Shown here piece by piece: positions 40,441 to 51,000 of a stretch of 64,000 nt of DNA (within the stretch, counting starts at the first letter, position 1; the number at the start of each line of letters is the position of its first letter). The position numbers and the translations under genes are program-made. The notes beneath the pieces are model-generated. The model had not been told where the DNA came from and did no database searches. It worked only from the letters and a program-made list of their open reading frames with translations. The stretch lies in the IMG/VR virus record IMGVR_UViG_3300034062_006335; one strand, given 5' to 3'. The stretch comes from an uncultured virus (IMG/VR IMGVR_UViG_3300034062_006335) (lineage: Duplodnaviria > Heunggongvirae > Uroviricota > Caudoviricetes).

Positions 40441-43400
40441 TTAAAATATCTCGTAAAAATTAGTGTATGTTGCAATGTATGTTTCATACAAGTTTGTGTT
40501 GTCTTTAAAAGTGTTGTCAACAAAATCAATTATTTGTTGAGCGGTCAACGCTGGTGGCCCATAAGCTGCTGGAGTCATCCAAGTTGAAAAAGCAAATTGA
40601 AATGCTGCTTTCCCATGTTTTTTGTTTATATTTGTTTCAGTACTTTTATTTACTAGTTCATTTAACATAGGTAAAAGTGGATTCAATATTTTACTAATAA
40701 ACGTTGTAGATTCAACAAATGTATTGAATTTAGCAATTGGAACTGGTTTACCTCCCAACTCAACACATGATTGAGATGTAATTTGCGAATTTAAGGCTCC
40801 AAAAGTATTTGTAGTGGAAATTTCATAAGGGTTATAATTTACATTATCCCAAACACCAACACCCGCGCTTTTGGATATATATGTTGTTCCCGCAATACCC
40901 ATTAACACTGTTCTCATCGTTTTATCTGTAACGACTTGTTTAATTACTTCCGATAGTTCTTGTACGGTAAATGGTGTTTCTACGATATCAACAAATGGGG
41001 TTGATGTAAAAACAGAATTAAGTTTGGTTGTGCATTGGTCTTGTGGTGCCGCATAAAAATTCAACTTTGGATTTTCTTTTAAAACTGTTTCTGAAGCGAT
41101 TCTTTCTTTTGTTTTTGGATTTTTGTCCGCCGCTTGTTTTTTGTATGTCTCTAATATTTTTTTATTAACGTTTGTCAATAAATTATTAACTTGAGGTAAA
41201 GAGTATTTTGGTATTCTTGAACCTTTGAAACTAGTATTGAAACCTCTAGTTGAGACTTCATGGCTAACCTCAAAAATCCAATATGGTCCATAAAACATCG
41301 GTACGTGTCTTAGTATAAAATACATTGTTGGTTGTATCATAACATTACCCATAGACTCCACAGTACAAGAATATGAACGACTTTTATATAGACTATACAA
41401 AGAAACTGACTGTTGAGCAACTTGGTCTCCCGCCACGGAACTTCCTAAATCGGCATTAACTTTAAAAGTTTCAGAAGTATTTTTCATTTCTGACATATCT
41501 AAATCTAACCCTTTAAAGACACTTTGGTTTTGGATTCCAAAATCGACACTAAACCCGACTACTCTATTGGTTTGAGAATAATTCCTATTTGGGTCTGAAA
41601 CTTCTAAACAGTTTCCTGGGGTCCTTAAGTCAAAACTATCATCACCAAATCTTATGAAAGAATTTTCTTTAGGTTTTGGATATTCAGAAGGATTTCCCAT
41701 ATAAATACACAAAAATTTTGGGCTAGCTTTTGTATAATCCACTTCTAAATATGTTCCAAACAGTGAATTACCAATTTCGCTATCTTCTAATGGAACTCCA
41801 TTTTTCAAAGCCTCTTGTAACCCATAAAAGTTAATATAAGCAGGCATGGCCATAAACATAAATTTATTTTCATCTAATATTTGACTTATAATGGACATTA
41901 AACTGCTAGAAGGATTAATTTTTGGGTCCAAAATTCTTTTTACCATTTTTAAATCTAATGTAAAATCATTACCCAAATCACTATTAGACCTGTCCATAAA
42001 TAAAAAATCTTCAAATAGTGTCGTGTTTTTTAAATCAGAACCCGCAATCCATTTATCGTTGAAACCTTTTAATGTGTTATAAGTACTAAGTTTGTTAACA
42101 TCTCCATTTACCGCAGTATTGGTGGTTTGTTCTTCAACTTGTATATCTTTTAGTATTCTGTTAAGATTGGAAAAAGTTTCATTAACAACTTTATCTAATA
42201 AAGATTGTCTATCTTGTAGATATGAATTAATGAAAGACGTAAACTTTGTTTTATTATATGACGGGTCATCAATTTTTTGAGTCACGTATAACTTTATTAA
42301 AGGGGATAGTAAAGTAACATTTTGAGCGGTAAATTCAATGTCATTATCAATAAAAAATTCACTTACAAATGATTTTTGTGTTCCTGGTAATGGTTGAGTA
42401 TTGTTTTGTGGATTGTTTGTTTGTTGTGGTGAAGTGTTACTTCCGCCAGGTAATGTTGTGACGGTTGTTGTTAATTTTGTGGTACTACCGTTTGGCGTTA
42501 AATAATCAATAACCATTATATAATTTCCAGCAATGTTATTATTGACTTGTATTAAATTTGAAAAGTTTGTGTTCGCCCCTAATGTTCCTGAGCTTGGTAA
42601 AGGGAAATTGTTAGGGTCATTAATATTTGAATTAATATTATAAAAACGTTTACTACCAACATTAGTTGCTATGAAATTAGGGTCCCCTTCTATTTTATAG
42701 ACCGAATATCCCCCGTTTGGTTTTTCTAAATTAAAATACCTATTACTTTCAACCCCTAAATTTGAAGTGGGTAATATGGTTGATGAATGCCCAATGAATA
42801 CAATACTAACATTTGGATTATTTGATTGTGTACAATTTATTAGTGAATTAAAAAAAGAAAGACAGTAACTTTCGGGTGTTACTCCAACAGCGTCTGTTTG
42901 TGGCGCATTGTCATCCACTAATAGATTATATGTTGTTGTTTGTGCACTGTTAGGAACTTTTCTAGCACAAAAGTTTTTAGGTTGTGATGAGTTATCAATT
43001 GTTTCTAAATAAATTATATGACCATCAGTATAGTTTAAAGACGATTCTGAGTAATTGTTTGGGTCAGTGATATTAAAGTATTGACCGGTACATAAATCTT
43101 GAAAAGTTCTAAAAGTTGATGTGTTTGATGGTTGAACATATTGTGTTGGTGTATTTTGATTTGTAATAGGTACTGAAGGAAATTGTGGTTGTACTTGATT
43201 TTGGTAATCAACTGATGGTATTTCACTAAATCCAACATAGTTTCTAACTGCCGCCCATGCCGTAGGGTTTTGAGCGAGACTTAGTAATAATGAAATGTTA
43301 GTTCCGTCTCCAGGTAATTTACCTTTAAGATATGAACCAAATCTATATTTATCTTCAGGTACAAACTCATTAAGATTAGAAAAAGAGTTAAATAGTTTTC

Positions 43401-46400
43401 TTTCAAAATCATACGGGTTACTCAATTTAATAACACAATCAAAGTTCAAAAAGTTTTTTATTGATTCTGTTAAATTAGAAATTTGTAATTCTGCCAATCT
43501 TTTTCCGTCTACGTCTTCATTTGTTTTTACAAAACCAGCATTTGAAAAAACAAACAAATTACTAATTTGATTTTTTAGAAGTTTTTGTTCAACATTCGGA
43601 ACACCATTACTATTTGTATATGTTGCCGTAGTAACTTCATCGTTAAGTTGTAAATCTTTAATTTCAAAATTGTATTTACAAAAACCTAAAAACTTTTCTT
43701 CAAATTTATCTAATAATTCTTTTGGGAAAACACTGAATATTTCGTCTATAGAGCTATACTTCAATTCGTTTGAAACTAAATCAAAATCATTTTGTCTGTT
43801 AGTGTTTGTTTTTATAACTTTTAAATATTCCGTAGGTTTTGGTTTTGTTAGTAAACTATTATCAAAATATCCAAAGTTAGATGCTCCCCAAACTGACCTT
43901 ACAGAACCATTATACAACGCTTTGTTAAAAAATGGTTCAATTGTTTTTTGATTGTTTGAGTTTATACACTCATATATTGATTGGTCAATTGGTATACCCC
44001 CCATCGATGGATATAATACAATTCTGTTACCCCCACTAGGACTATTTGACGTTCCGGCAAAAGTTCTATATTGATAGTAGTTTCTTTTAGTCAGAGTTCT
44101 ATTAAGTGACGATGTATCAAACCCTACATTCAATATTGTTGATGATGTGTTATTTTTTCCAATATTAAAATTATCCACAGTTACTGCGTTTTGAAAAGCG
44201 GCACTTGTATAACCGGTAAATAAATCTTTACCAAACAAATAATAATTTACATCATCGATTAATTTTGGATAAAACCCAACGTTTTGGGTATCATATATAT
44301 TGGCAACTATTAAATTTGAACCTTGTAAACTAATTGTCTGTGTTGTTGTTCCTGTATAGTCAAATATTTGATATTGTTTTGTAATATCTGATGTTGTGGG
44401 GTCATAACTTTTAACATAATCAAAGTCTTTCCAAACATCGTCAAGTATGTCAACGTTAGAGTTAACAAACGTTTTGTATCTATGCCATATAGAACCATAT
44501 TTTAATACCCAAGCGTAAGGAACTTGATGTACGGCTGAGTATTTTTTAAATGTTGCCGCTAAATATTCTAAGTCAGTAATTGTATTATTATCAACATTTA
44601 TAAGTTTTTCTTTTGTTGTGATTAAAGGTAACGAATTTAAAAATAAGTAACCTAATTGAACATAAGATTGAGTATCTCCTGATTTTTGTTTTTTTACACC
44701 TTCGACAATTGAGTTTATAAAATATGGTGTATTCAATAAAGAAGTTGTTTGAATTGATGTTCCCACATTACCACTATATGAGTTTCCATAGTTTATAAAT
44801 GACTCGGTAAAAAATGTCTTTTCATTTTTTCTATTGATATAAAAATTCTTAAGAGTATCTCTTGTTGATATTTGAACATTATTTGATTGGTCTGTTAAAT
44901 ATGTTTGATTACCGTTATTAAAACCATAAGGTGTGGTAAAAAGTTTAATATTAGAATACTTGTCGGTTTGATTTATTCTTGCGATTGTTTTTTTATCATC
45001 GAGATATAAAAAAGTTTTTGTCGTATCGTTATAATCTTTGAAGTCTTGAATTGAGTCCCCGTTTGATAAATTTTTCTTTAACCAATCTAAATTAGTAAAC
45101 GGGTATGTATCTAAAGTATTTTTTTTAGATGAGTCACTACTTGTCAGATAGTCTGTAAGATTTTTTGCTAAATCTATTTTACTTGAGACCTCAACGGTTC
45201 TATTAGATAAAGTATCTATGCCGTATATTTCGTTTGGATTTTTAGTAAGTGTTTCAATATACGGAGTTACATAATTATTTTTTAAATAAAAGTTCCATAA
45301 TTCTCCTTGCCCATTATTAGACACCTTTTTCATGTAGTCCAATAATTTTTGTAAGTTAAATTTAAAATTTTTTAAATCTTGATTAATGGCAATATCTTGG
45401 GGGGCAACCAAACTTAAATTTTTACTTTCAATATCACCATAAAATTTATCAACTTGTTTTTGTGATGCTAAATCCGATAATAAGTTTCCATAGTAGGTTG
45501 AAACATATGCTCTTTCAAAGATTTCGTAATACAATTTTTTCGCATCTAAATTTTGATAAGGGGTTGTTTTAAATGGAAATTCTATTGCATTTGACGATAT
45601 GTATTCTGAAACATCTTTGATATTATTATATGTAAAGTTTTCTGTAGGTGCCGCTGTTTGTGTTTGAGCCTTTAAAAAAGTTTCTGTAAATCCAATTTCA
45701 GGCCATATATTGTAATTAAACGCCCTTGTTTGTTTTATTATTTTTGGGTCGCCAGGATATTGAATTACATATAACTCACTTTGGTTACTTTGTTTTTCTT
45801 TTGTAAAATACAACGGCCACGGATAAACCACATTATCATTATTCAAACTACCGCTAGATGTCTGTATTGATTTGAACGCATCAGGTGAAATACTTTCAGG
45901 AGGAATTACAGCCATAAGCCTGTCTTTGTCCGCTCTTACTTCCCATGCCTTTTCATGAACATCCTCCATAAGTCGGTAAAAAGTGTCCGCACCTGCTAAC
46001 AACACGGCAAATATGTTTCTAATAGTTGGTTTAAATCCTAAACCTCCTTCTGGCGATATAACTGTTTGTGCGTAAAATTCAGTTAATTCATCCTCTATTT
46101 GTTTTTGAAACGCTTCTAGCGTTTTTGTCATTTTATCTAACTTATCCAAGTAAGAGTTAGGTATATAAGAACCATCCGCAACAACTTTGTTACCAAAAAA
46201 ATAATAATCGGGTTGTACGTCGATTATGTTATTATTTGCATCTAAAACTTTTTGAGTTGTACTAAGACTTGCGTTTATATCTAATACAAATTTTTCAAAC
46301 TCCGCATTTGTGTTTGGGTCACTAATATTTACTTGTTTACCTGTTCTAAAGAAAAAAGTTTCTTGTAATGCTTGATTGTTTTTTTTGAAACTTTCTACAT

Positions 46401-47709
46401 CGACTTTTTTTATAATATCATTTACATCTTTGATTGTAATAGGGATTTCAAATTTTTCGTCTTTTTTTTCTCTTTTTTTCGGTGGGTTTGTTCCAAAAGT
46501 TTGATTAATGGATAGAAAATTAACATATCCTTTAATTCTTTCATCTATTTTTGTTTTTACTTTTACTTCTTCACCAATACCCAACTCTTTTTTGTATGGA
46601 TAATATATGTTATTGTCTATAACAATAAAATTACTATCATCAAGAGCGGTACTAAGTGCGTATTCAAAAACATCTTTATTTAAATTTATTAGGTTTGTAG
46701 AGTAATCTTGAATGTCATTAAGTTTTGTAAAATCTCCCTTTTTTTCTAATTCGGCCTGTGAGTTAGCGTCAAAGTTGTCTATTCTATTAATTAACTCCGT
46801 TAATGATAAAACAGGAAAATTATCAGGAATTAATCCCTTCCTTTTATATGTGTTGTAAACTTCTTCAAGTTTTTGTCTTCCTTTATATGTGTTAAGAGTT
46901 TTTTTGGTGTTTGTAACTGGGTCAGTAATGGTAATGACACTATTATACATGTACGGTGAAGTTGAGCAATAAGATAGTGGTGTATCAAATAGTAGTGCTG
47001 TAAACTTACCAATTAATTTTAAATCTATCTCATAGTTTCCATTTTCAGCATTGAACTTAGCGTTAAAAGATGTGAGTGATAGTCTATATCTTATGGCCTT
47101 TCCATAGTAACCTTTTAAAGTCAAATAGAACAGAGGGTATGGAAAATTAAAAAAAGCCGAATATAACGAATTTTCACCCTGCTCAAATAAAGACCTTCCT
47201 TGTATGTCTGTCATCGATATTGACACTTCAGGCACACCAGTTCCTTTTATTCTAACACTAATTCTATTTATTCCTAATAGTTGGGTGTCTTCATAACCAC
47301 CAACAGACTTTTCAAATCTTTGCACCTTTTCTGTTTCAACAACTCTTTGAATATTTCGATTTATCCCACGAAAGTCCCTTGAATCTTTACCCGTTATTTG
47401 GTCCGTCCAACTTGAATCAAATGCGGTTTTACCTTTTGGTTTTAAAAAGTTAATTTTTAAATCGTCTTCTCCTTCAAATAAAGTTGCGATAGCGGTACTT
47501 TGTACATCAAAAGACTCTCCAACCGCCAACTTCGTTCTTGGGATTATGAATGTTTCTAAATTAGCGTAGTAAACCAAATCTTCTTGCTCTACAAATCTTG
47601 GTTCTCTTTTTCCTGTACTATCATATACTTCATTAGGATTAACAACAACGATGTTGTTATACTCAGTTTCTATGAATATTTTTTTATTTTGTTTTAATCT
47701 AGCGGCCAT
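40441..47709 (-). CDS. Giant baseplate hub protein (gp27/gpD-like termini with large insertions)
   Basis: N-terminal LLGINRISV..PEVSISMTD..; C-terminal YSCTVESMGNVMIQPTMYF..GPYWIFEVSHEV..GFNTSFKG. Confidence 0.6.
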   Translation of the reverse strand: MAARLKQNKKIFIETEYNNIVVVNPNEVYDSTGKREPRFVEQEDLVYYANLETFIIPRTKLAVGESFDVQSTAIATLFEGEDDLKINFLKPKGKTAFDSSWTDQITGKDSRDFRGINRNIQRVVETEKVQRFEKSVGGYEDTQLLGINRISVRIKGTGVPEVSISMTDIQGRSLFEQGENSLYSAFFNFPYPLFYLTLKGYYGKAIRYRLSLTSFNAKFNAENGNYEIDLKLIGKFTALLFDTPLSYCSTSPYMYNSVITITDPVTNTKKTLNTYKGRQKLEEVYNTYKRKGLIPDNFPVLSLTELINRIDNFDANSQAELEKKGDFTKLNDIQDYSTNLINLNKDVFEYALSTALDDSNFIVIDNNIYYPYKKELGIGEEVKVKTKIDERIKGYVNFLSINQTFGTNPPKKREKKDEKFEIPITIKDVNDIIKKVDVESFKKNNQALQETFFFRTGKQVNISDPNTNAEFEKFVLDINASLSTTQKVLDANNNIIDVQPDYYFFGNKVVADGSYIPNSYLDKLDKMTKTLEAFQKQIEDELTEFYAQTVISPEGGLGFKPTIRNIFAVLLAGADTFYRLMEDVHEKAWEVRADKDRLMAVIPPESISPDAFKSIQTSSGSLNNDNVVYPWPLYFTKEKQSNQSELYVIQYPGDPKIIKQTRAFNYNIWPEIGFTETFLKAQTQTAAPTENFTYNNIKDVSEYISSNAIEFPFKTTPYQNLDAKKLYYEIFERAYVSTYYGNLLSDLASQKQVDKFYGDIESKNLSLVAPQDIAINQDLKNFKFNLQKLLDYMKKVSNNGQGELWNFYLKNNYVTPYIETLTKNPNEIYGIDTLSNRTVEVSSKIDLAKNLTDYLTSSDSSKKNTLDTYPFTNLDWLKKNLSNGDSIQDFKDYNDTTKTFLYLDDKKTIARINQTDKYSNIKLFTTPYGFNNGNQTYLTDQSNNVQISTRDTLKNFYINRKNEKTFFTESFINYGNSYSGNVGTSIQTTSLLNTPYFINSIVEGVKKQKSGDTQSYVQLGYLFLNSLPLITTKEKLINVDNNTITDLEYLAATFKKYSAVHQVPYAWVLKYGSIWHRYKTFVNSNVDILDDVWKDFDYVKSYDPTTSDITKQYQIFDYTGTTTQTISLQGSNLIVANIYDTQNVGFYPKLIDDVNYYLFGKDLFTGYTSAAFQNAVTVDNFNIGKNNTSSTILNVGFDTSSLNRTLTKRNYYQYRTFAGTSNSPSGGNRIVLYPSMGGIPIDQSIYECINSNNQKTIEPFFNKALYNGSVRSVWGASNFGYFDNSLLTKPKPTEYLKVIKTNTNRQNDFDLVSNELKYSSIDEIFSVFPKELLDKFEEKFLGFCKYNFEIKDLQLNDEVTTATYTNSNGVPNVEQKLLKNQISNLFVFSNAGFVKTNEDVDGKRLAELQISNLTESIKNFLNFDCVIKLSNPYDFERKLFNSFSNLNEFVPEDKYRFGSYLKGKLPGDGTNISLLLSLAQNPTAWAAVRNYVGFSEIPSVDYQNQVQPQFPSVPITNQNTPTQYVQPSNTSTFRTFQDLCTGQYFNITDPNNYSESSLNYTDGHIIYLETIDNSSQPKNFCARKVPNSAQTTTYNLLVDDNAPQTDAVGVTPESYCLSFFNSLINCTQSNNPNVSIVFIGHSSTILPTSNLGVESNRYFNLEKPNGGYSVYKIEGDPNFIATNVGSKRFYNINSNINDPNNFPLPSSGTLGANTNFSNLIQVNNNIAGNYIMVIDYLTPNGSTTKLTTTVTTLPGGSNTSPQQTNNPQNNTQPLPGTQKSFVSEFFIDNDIEFTAQNVTLLSPLIKLYVTQKIDDPSYNKTKFTSFINSYLQDRQSLLDKVVNETFSNLNRILKDIQVEEQTTNTAVNGDVNKLSTYNTLKGFNDKWIAGSDLKNTTLFEDFLFMDRSNSDLGNDFTLDLKMVKRILDPKINPSSSLMSIISQILDENKFMFMAMPAYINFYGLQEALKNGVPLEDSEIGNSLFGTYLEVDYTKASPKFLCIYMGNPSEYPKPKENSFIRFGDDSFDLRTPGNCLEVSDPNRNYSQTNRVVGFSVDFGIQNQSVFKGLDLDMSEMKNTSETFKVNADLGSSVAGDQVAQQSVSLYSLYKSRSYSCTVESMGNVMIQPTMYFILRHVPMFYGPYWIFEVSHEVSTRGFNTSFKGSRIPKYSLPQVNNLLTNVNKKILETYKKQAADKNPKTKERIASETVLKENPKLNFYAAPQDQCTTKLNSVFTSTPFVDIVETPFTVQELSEVIKQVVTDKTMRTVLMGIAGTTYISKSAGVGVWDNVNYNPYEISTTNTFGALNSQITSQSCVELGGKPVPIAKFNTFVESTTFISKILNPLLPMLNELVNKSTETNINKKHGKAAFQFAFSTWMTPAAYGPPALTAQQIIDFVDNTFKDNTNLYETYIATYTNFYEIF

Positions 47710-48016
47710 AATAAAATATATGTGTATCTACTGCAGATTTGTAGTCTTGTAATGCACTAACTAATGGAAATGGTATACGTAAAATAGCACCATCAGGAAT
47801 ATTTGATTCTAAACCACCGTATTGAGGGTTGGCGGTTAAAATTAACCAACCAAAATATGGAGTACTGTATTTTTCAAAACTAATTTTATCAAGACGGGAT
47901 TTACCAACTAAATAAAGGTATTGTTGGTCAGTAGGTCTAATTGGTAAATTTACATAAAAAACTACCGTTTGTTGCCCGTTGATTATAAAGTCTTTATATC
48001 TATTGTAGTAATCCAT
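47699..48016 (-). CDS. LysM-like baseplate protein (T4 gp53 / P2 gpX-like)
   Basis: SRLDKISFEKYSTPYFGWLILTANP..IPDGAILRIP. Confidence 0.8.
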   Translation of the reverse strand: MDYYNRYKDFIINGQQTVVFYVNLPIRPTDQQYLYLVGKSRLDKISFEKYSTPYFGWLILTANPQYGGLESNIPDGAILRIPFPLVSALQDYKSAVDTHIFYYGR

Positions 48017-51000
48017 TATGGGAAAGATTTTTTCAAATTAAATTTATTACCTCCAGAGTTAACTTGTGAATATAAGTCTTTCATATTAGAATCTGAAGGG
48101 GCTAATGGTGGTAATTTAGTTACTAACGCACAAAGTCTTTCTTTAGAAACATCATAAGGTCTATAGTTTGTATATTTGTTTGAATAGTAATCATCTCTAA
48201 ATTTTTTCAAATTTGCGTCTTGAGTATTTTTGGAAGTCAAATAATCGGCACCTAAACCTGTTTGTGGTGTTGTAATTATATTTGTGAAATAGGTGTCCCA
48301 AGCATCTTTATCGGCCTGACCCGCATTTGGTATTGCCACATTTATAATACTATTTATAAAATCTTGAGGTTTTTTCAAAATGTCGGTACCGAAAAGTATG
48401 AAGAATCTATTTTTAGCCGGGGTGTAATTTGGAATATAAGTGTCAAAAGAAAATGAATCATTGTACTCATAACTGCCCGATGGAATTACATTAAAAGTAC
48501 TTAATTGTTGTATAAAATCGTTAATGTCATTTTTCACTAAATAAGATTCTTGAGTTAATTCTTGTAAAGTATTTGTAACTCCTTGTGGATATGGTGCAGT
48601 AATTTGAGTGGTTCCTGATATATTATAGATATAAGCATTACCTTGTTTTGTTATGTAACCATCGTTACCGTTCATAATATAATTCAATTTGTCAACAATA
48701 CCTATCCATTCTAATTCTTTTGCTGTAATCGTACTATTGTTAACCTCTAATACTCCTAAAATTTGACCAGCCTTAGCGTCTATCAAATCTTGTATTCTTC
48801 TTTTCACTTTTCTTATTTGTATATCACTAAAATTGGAGTTATCAACTAATGCGAGTATTGGGCAATCGTTGTTATCAACATCTTCTTTTGCTTTAGTTTT
48901 TAGGTTGTTAACTCTTGTTTCAATATTTATTGATTTACCATAAATTGTACACGATTGTGGACTACCTAAAGCGTTAAAACTTCCTGAAGTATATTCTCTT
49001 TCTTTTGTTAATAATTGTAATCCACCTATGAATAATTCATCATTAACTTTAGAAAGTGTTTGTTCTACAACTTCAAAGTATTCTTTACTCTTATCAACTA
49101 AACTTTGCATTACATTCTGATATCTGATATTTCCTGTTACAATATTTGTTTGAATATCAAGTTTTTGTTCTCCCATCGTACCAATTGGAACCCCTCCGTC
49201 ATTTTGAGTACCTCTATTACTTGGGTTAGCAACAACCCCAAATCTATTTAAAGCTTCCTCTTCAATTAATTTGTCATAGGTATCAAGGGTTTCGTTTTTA
49301 GCAGTATCGTCAGCTCTATCATCGTACATTTCTGTATTGGCGTAGTAATTAAAAGATAGTGCGTTTTGTAATTTAGATACAGGACCTGCTAAACCATGTG
49401 CCCCTATAAAGCTAAAACCAATTGTTACGTCAACTATCATGGGTTGCACACCTATACCTTCGGGATTTAAATCAAATTTTCCATCATCGTATTTAAAATT
49501 AAGCGAATCGAGTTTAATTTTTGTGTGGAAAAAGTCTCCAATCCTTAATACGCAAATAGGTGGTGAACCAAATACGCTGTTTGTTACGTCATTAAAAAGT
49601 AGTTTAACTTCACCTTTTAATGATTCACTAACAGTAGGGATGGTATCACCAGGTCTCATACATTGTTGTAAGAATGTTAATCTAGAATTTAAACCTTCAG
49701 GTGTGATTGAGTGAAATGCAGGATTAAAAAATTTGAATTTTTGTTTTATTCCGTTATAAATCATTTCATCAGAATCTTTAATCATGTCAAAGTAATTACA
49801 CTCAGTTAATAATTTTCTACCTAATTTTTTTGTTAGTTCTTTTTTTCTTTGTGATGTTAATTGTGTTGTTCTTTCAGTTCTTGTTCTTGTTACTGTTTCG
49901 GGTGTTTGATTTTGTGGTCCTCCGCTTGGTGTCTGACTAACAAAAGTATTATTAGATTCTACTGGTTGTGGATTATTCTGTGTATTAGATTCCAATTCAA
50001 CATCATCGTTTACTTCAGATGTTAAATAACTAGTATTAGTATTATTAGTTTCTTGCGATGCATTAAAATCCCCTTCAACAGAAGTACTTCCATCTCCATT
50101 TGCTCCACTATTTTCTACGTTATTTACATTAGAGTTGTCATTACCCGTATTGTTTAATGTGTTATCAACAGGGTCAAGTATTTCGACATCAACAATTCTA
50201 ACTCTTCTACACGCCATTGCGTTTACTGAGGACACACCTTCATTACTATTATTTTTAAATGATTTAGAACAATCAATATATTTGTATGGGTCTTGGTCTA
50301 ACTTACCTCCTTCACCTTGATAAGTTTGAACTTTTACTACAATACTTCCGTCTTCTGCATAATCCCCAATTTTTTTAGAACCGGCTGGTTGAGCGTATAA
50401 CCACTGTCTAACACTATCTCCTCTTCTTGTTGATAGTTTTATATTGTAGTCAGGATTGTGTACCGATGATGCAGTACCTGACAAACTAAATTTAACTTTT
50501 TTTCCTTGTGATAGAGCGTCTCCAATTACAACGGCCAATTTTTTTGCGTCATTAAATTCACTTTCAATATAATCAAAAAACTTACTAACACTATCTTTTC
50601 TTGCGTCTATGAATGAAGATAGATATTGAGTTTGTGCTGCGGGGCTTAAATTCTGAATTTGTGCTTGTGTAAATTGTGTATAGGTAGCGTCATTATATTT
50701 AAAAATAAAATTTCTAGCCTTCCCGAAAGTTTTACCAAATAAGTCTGTTCCTCCTGTTTCTAAATAACCTTGTTTAAGAGCTAAATAATCCTGATAAACT
50801 TCATCAAAAGGTTTTTGTGCCTGTAATGGGTCAAATACACCATTTACGGTTTTTTGTCCAGGATAATCATTATGGAAATAAAATCCAATATCTTGTAAAT
50901 TAGGTTGTATAATTGTTGGAGTAAATGTAGGCGCTGGTGTCACACTAGGTGTTGGTGATGGTGTAGGTGGTGGTGTTGTAGTAGGTGTTGGTGATGGTGT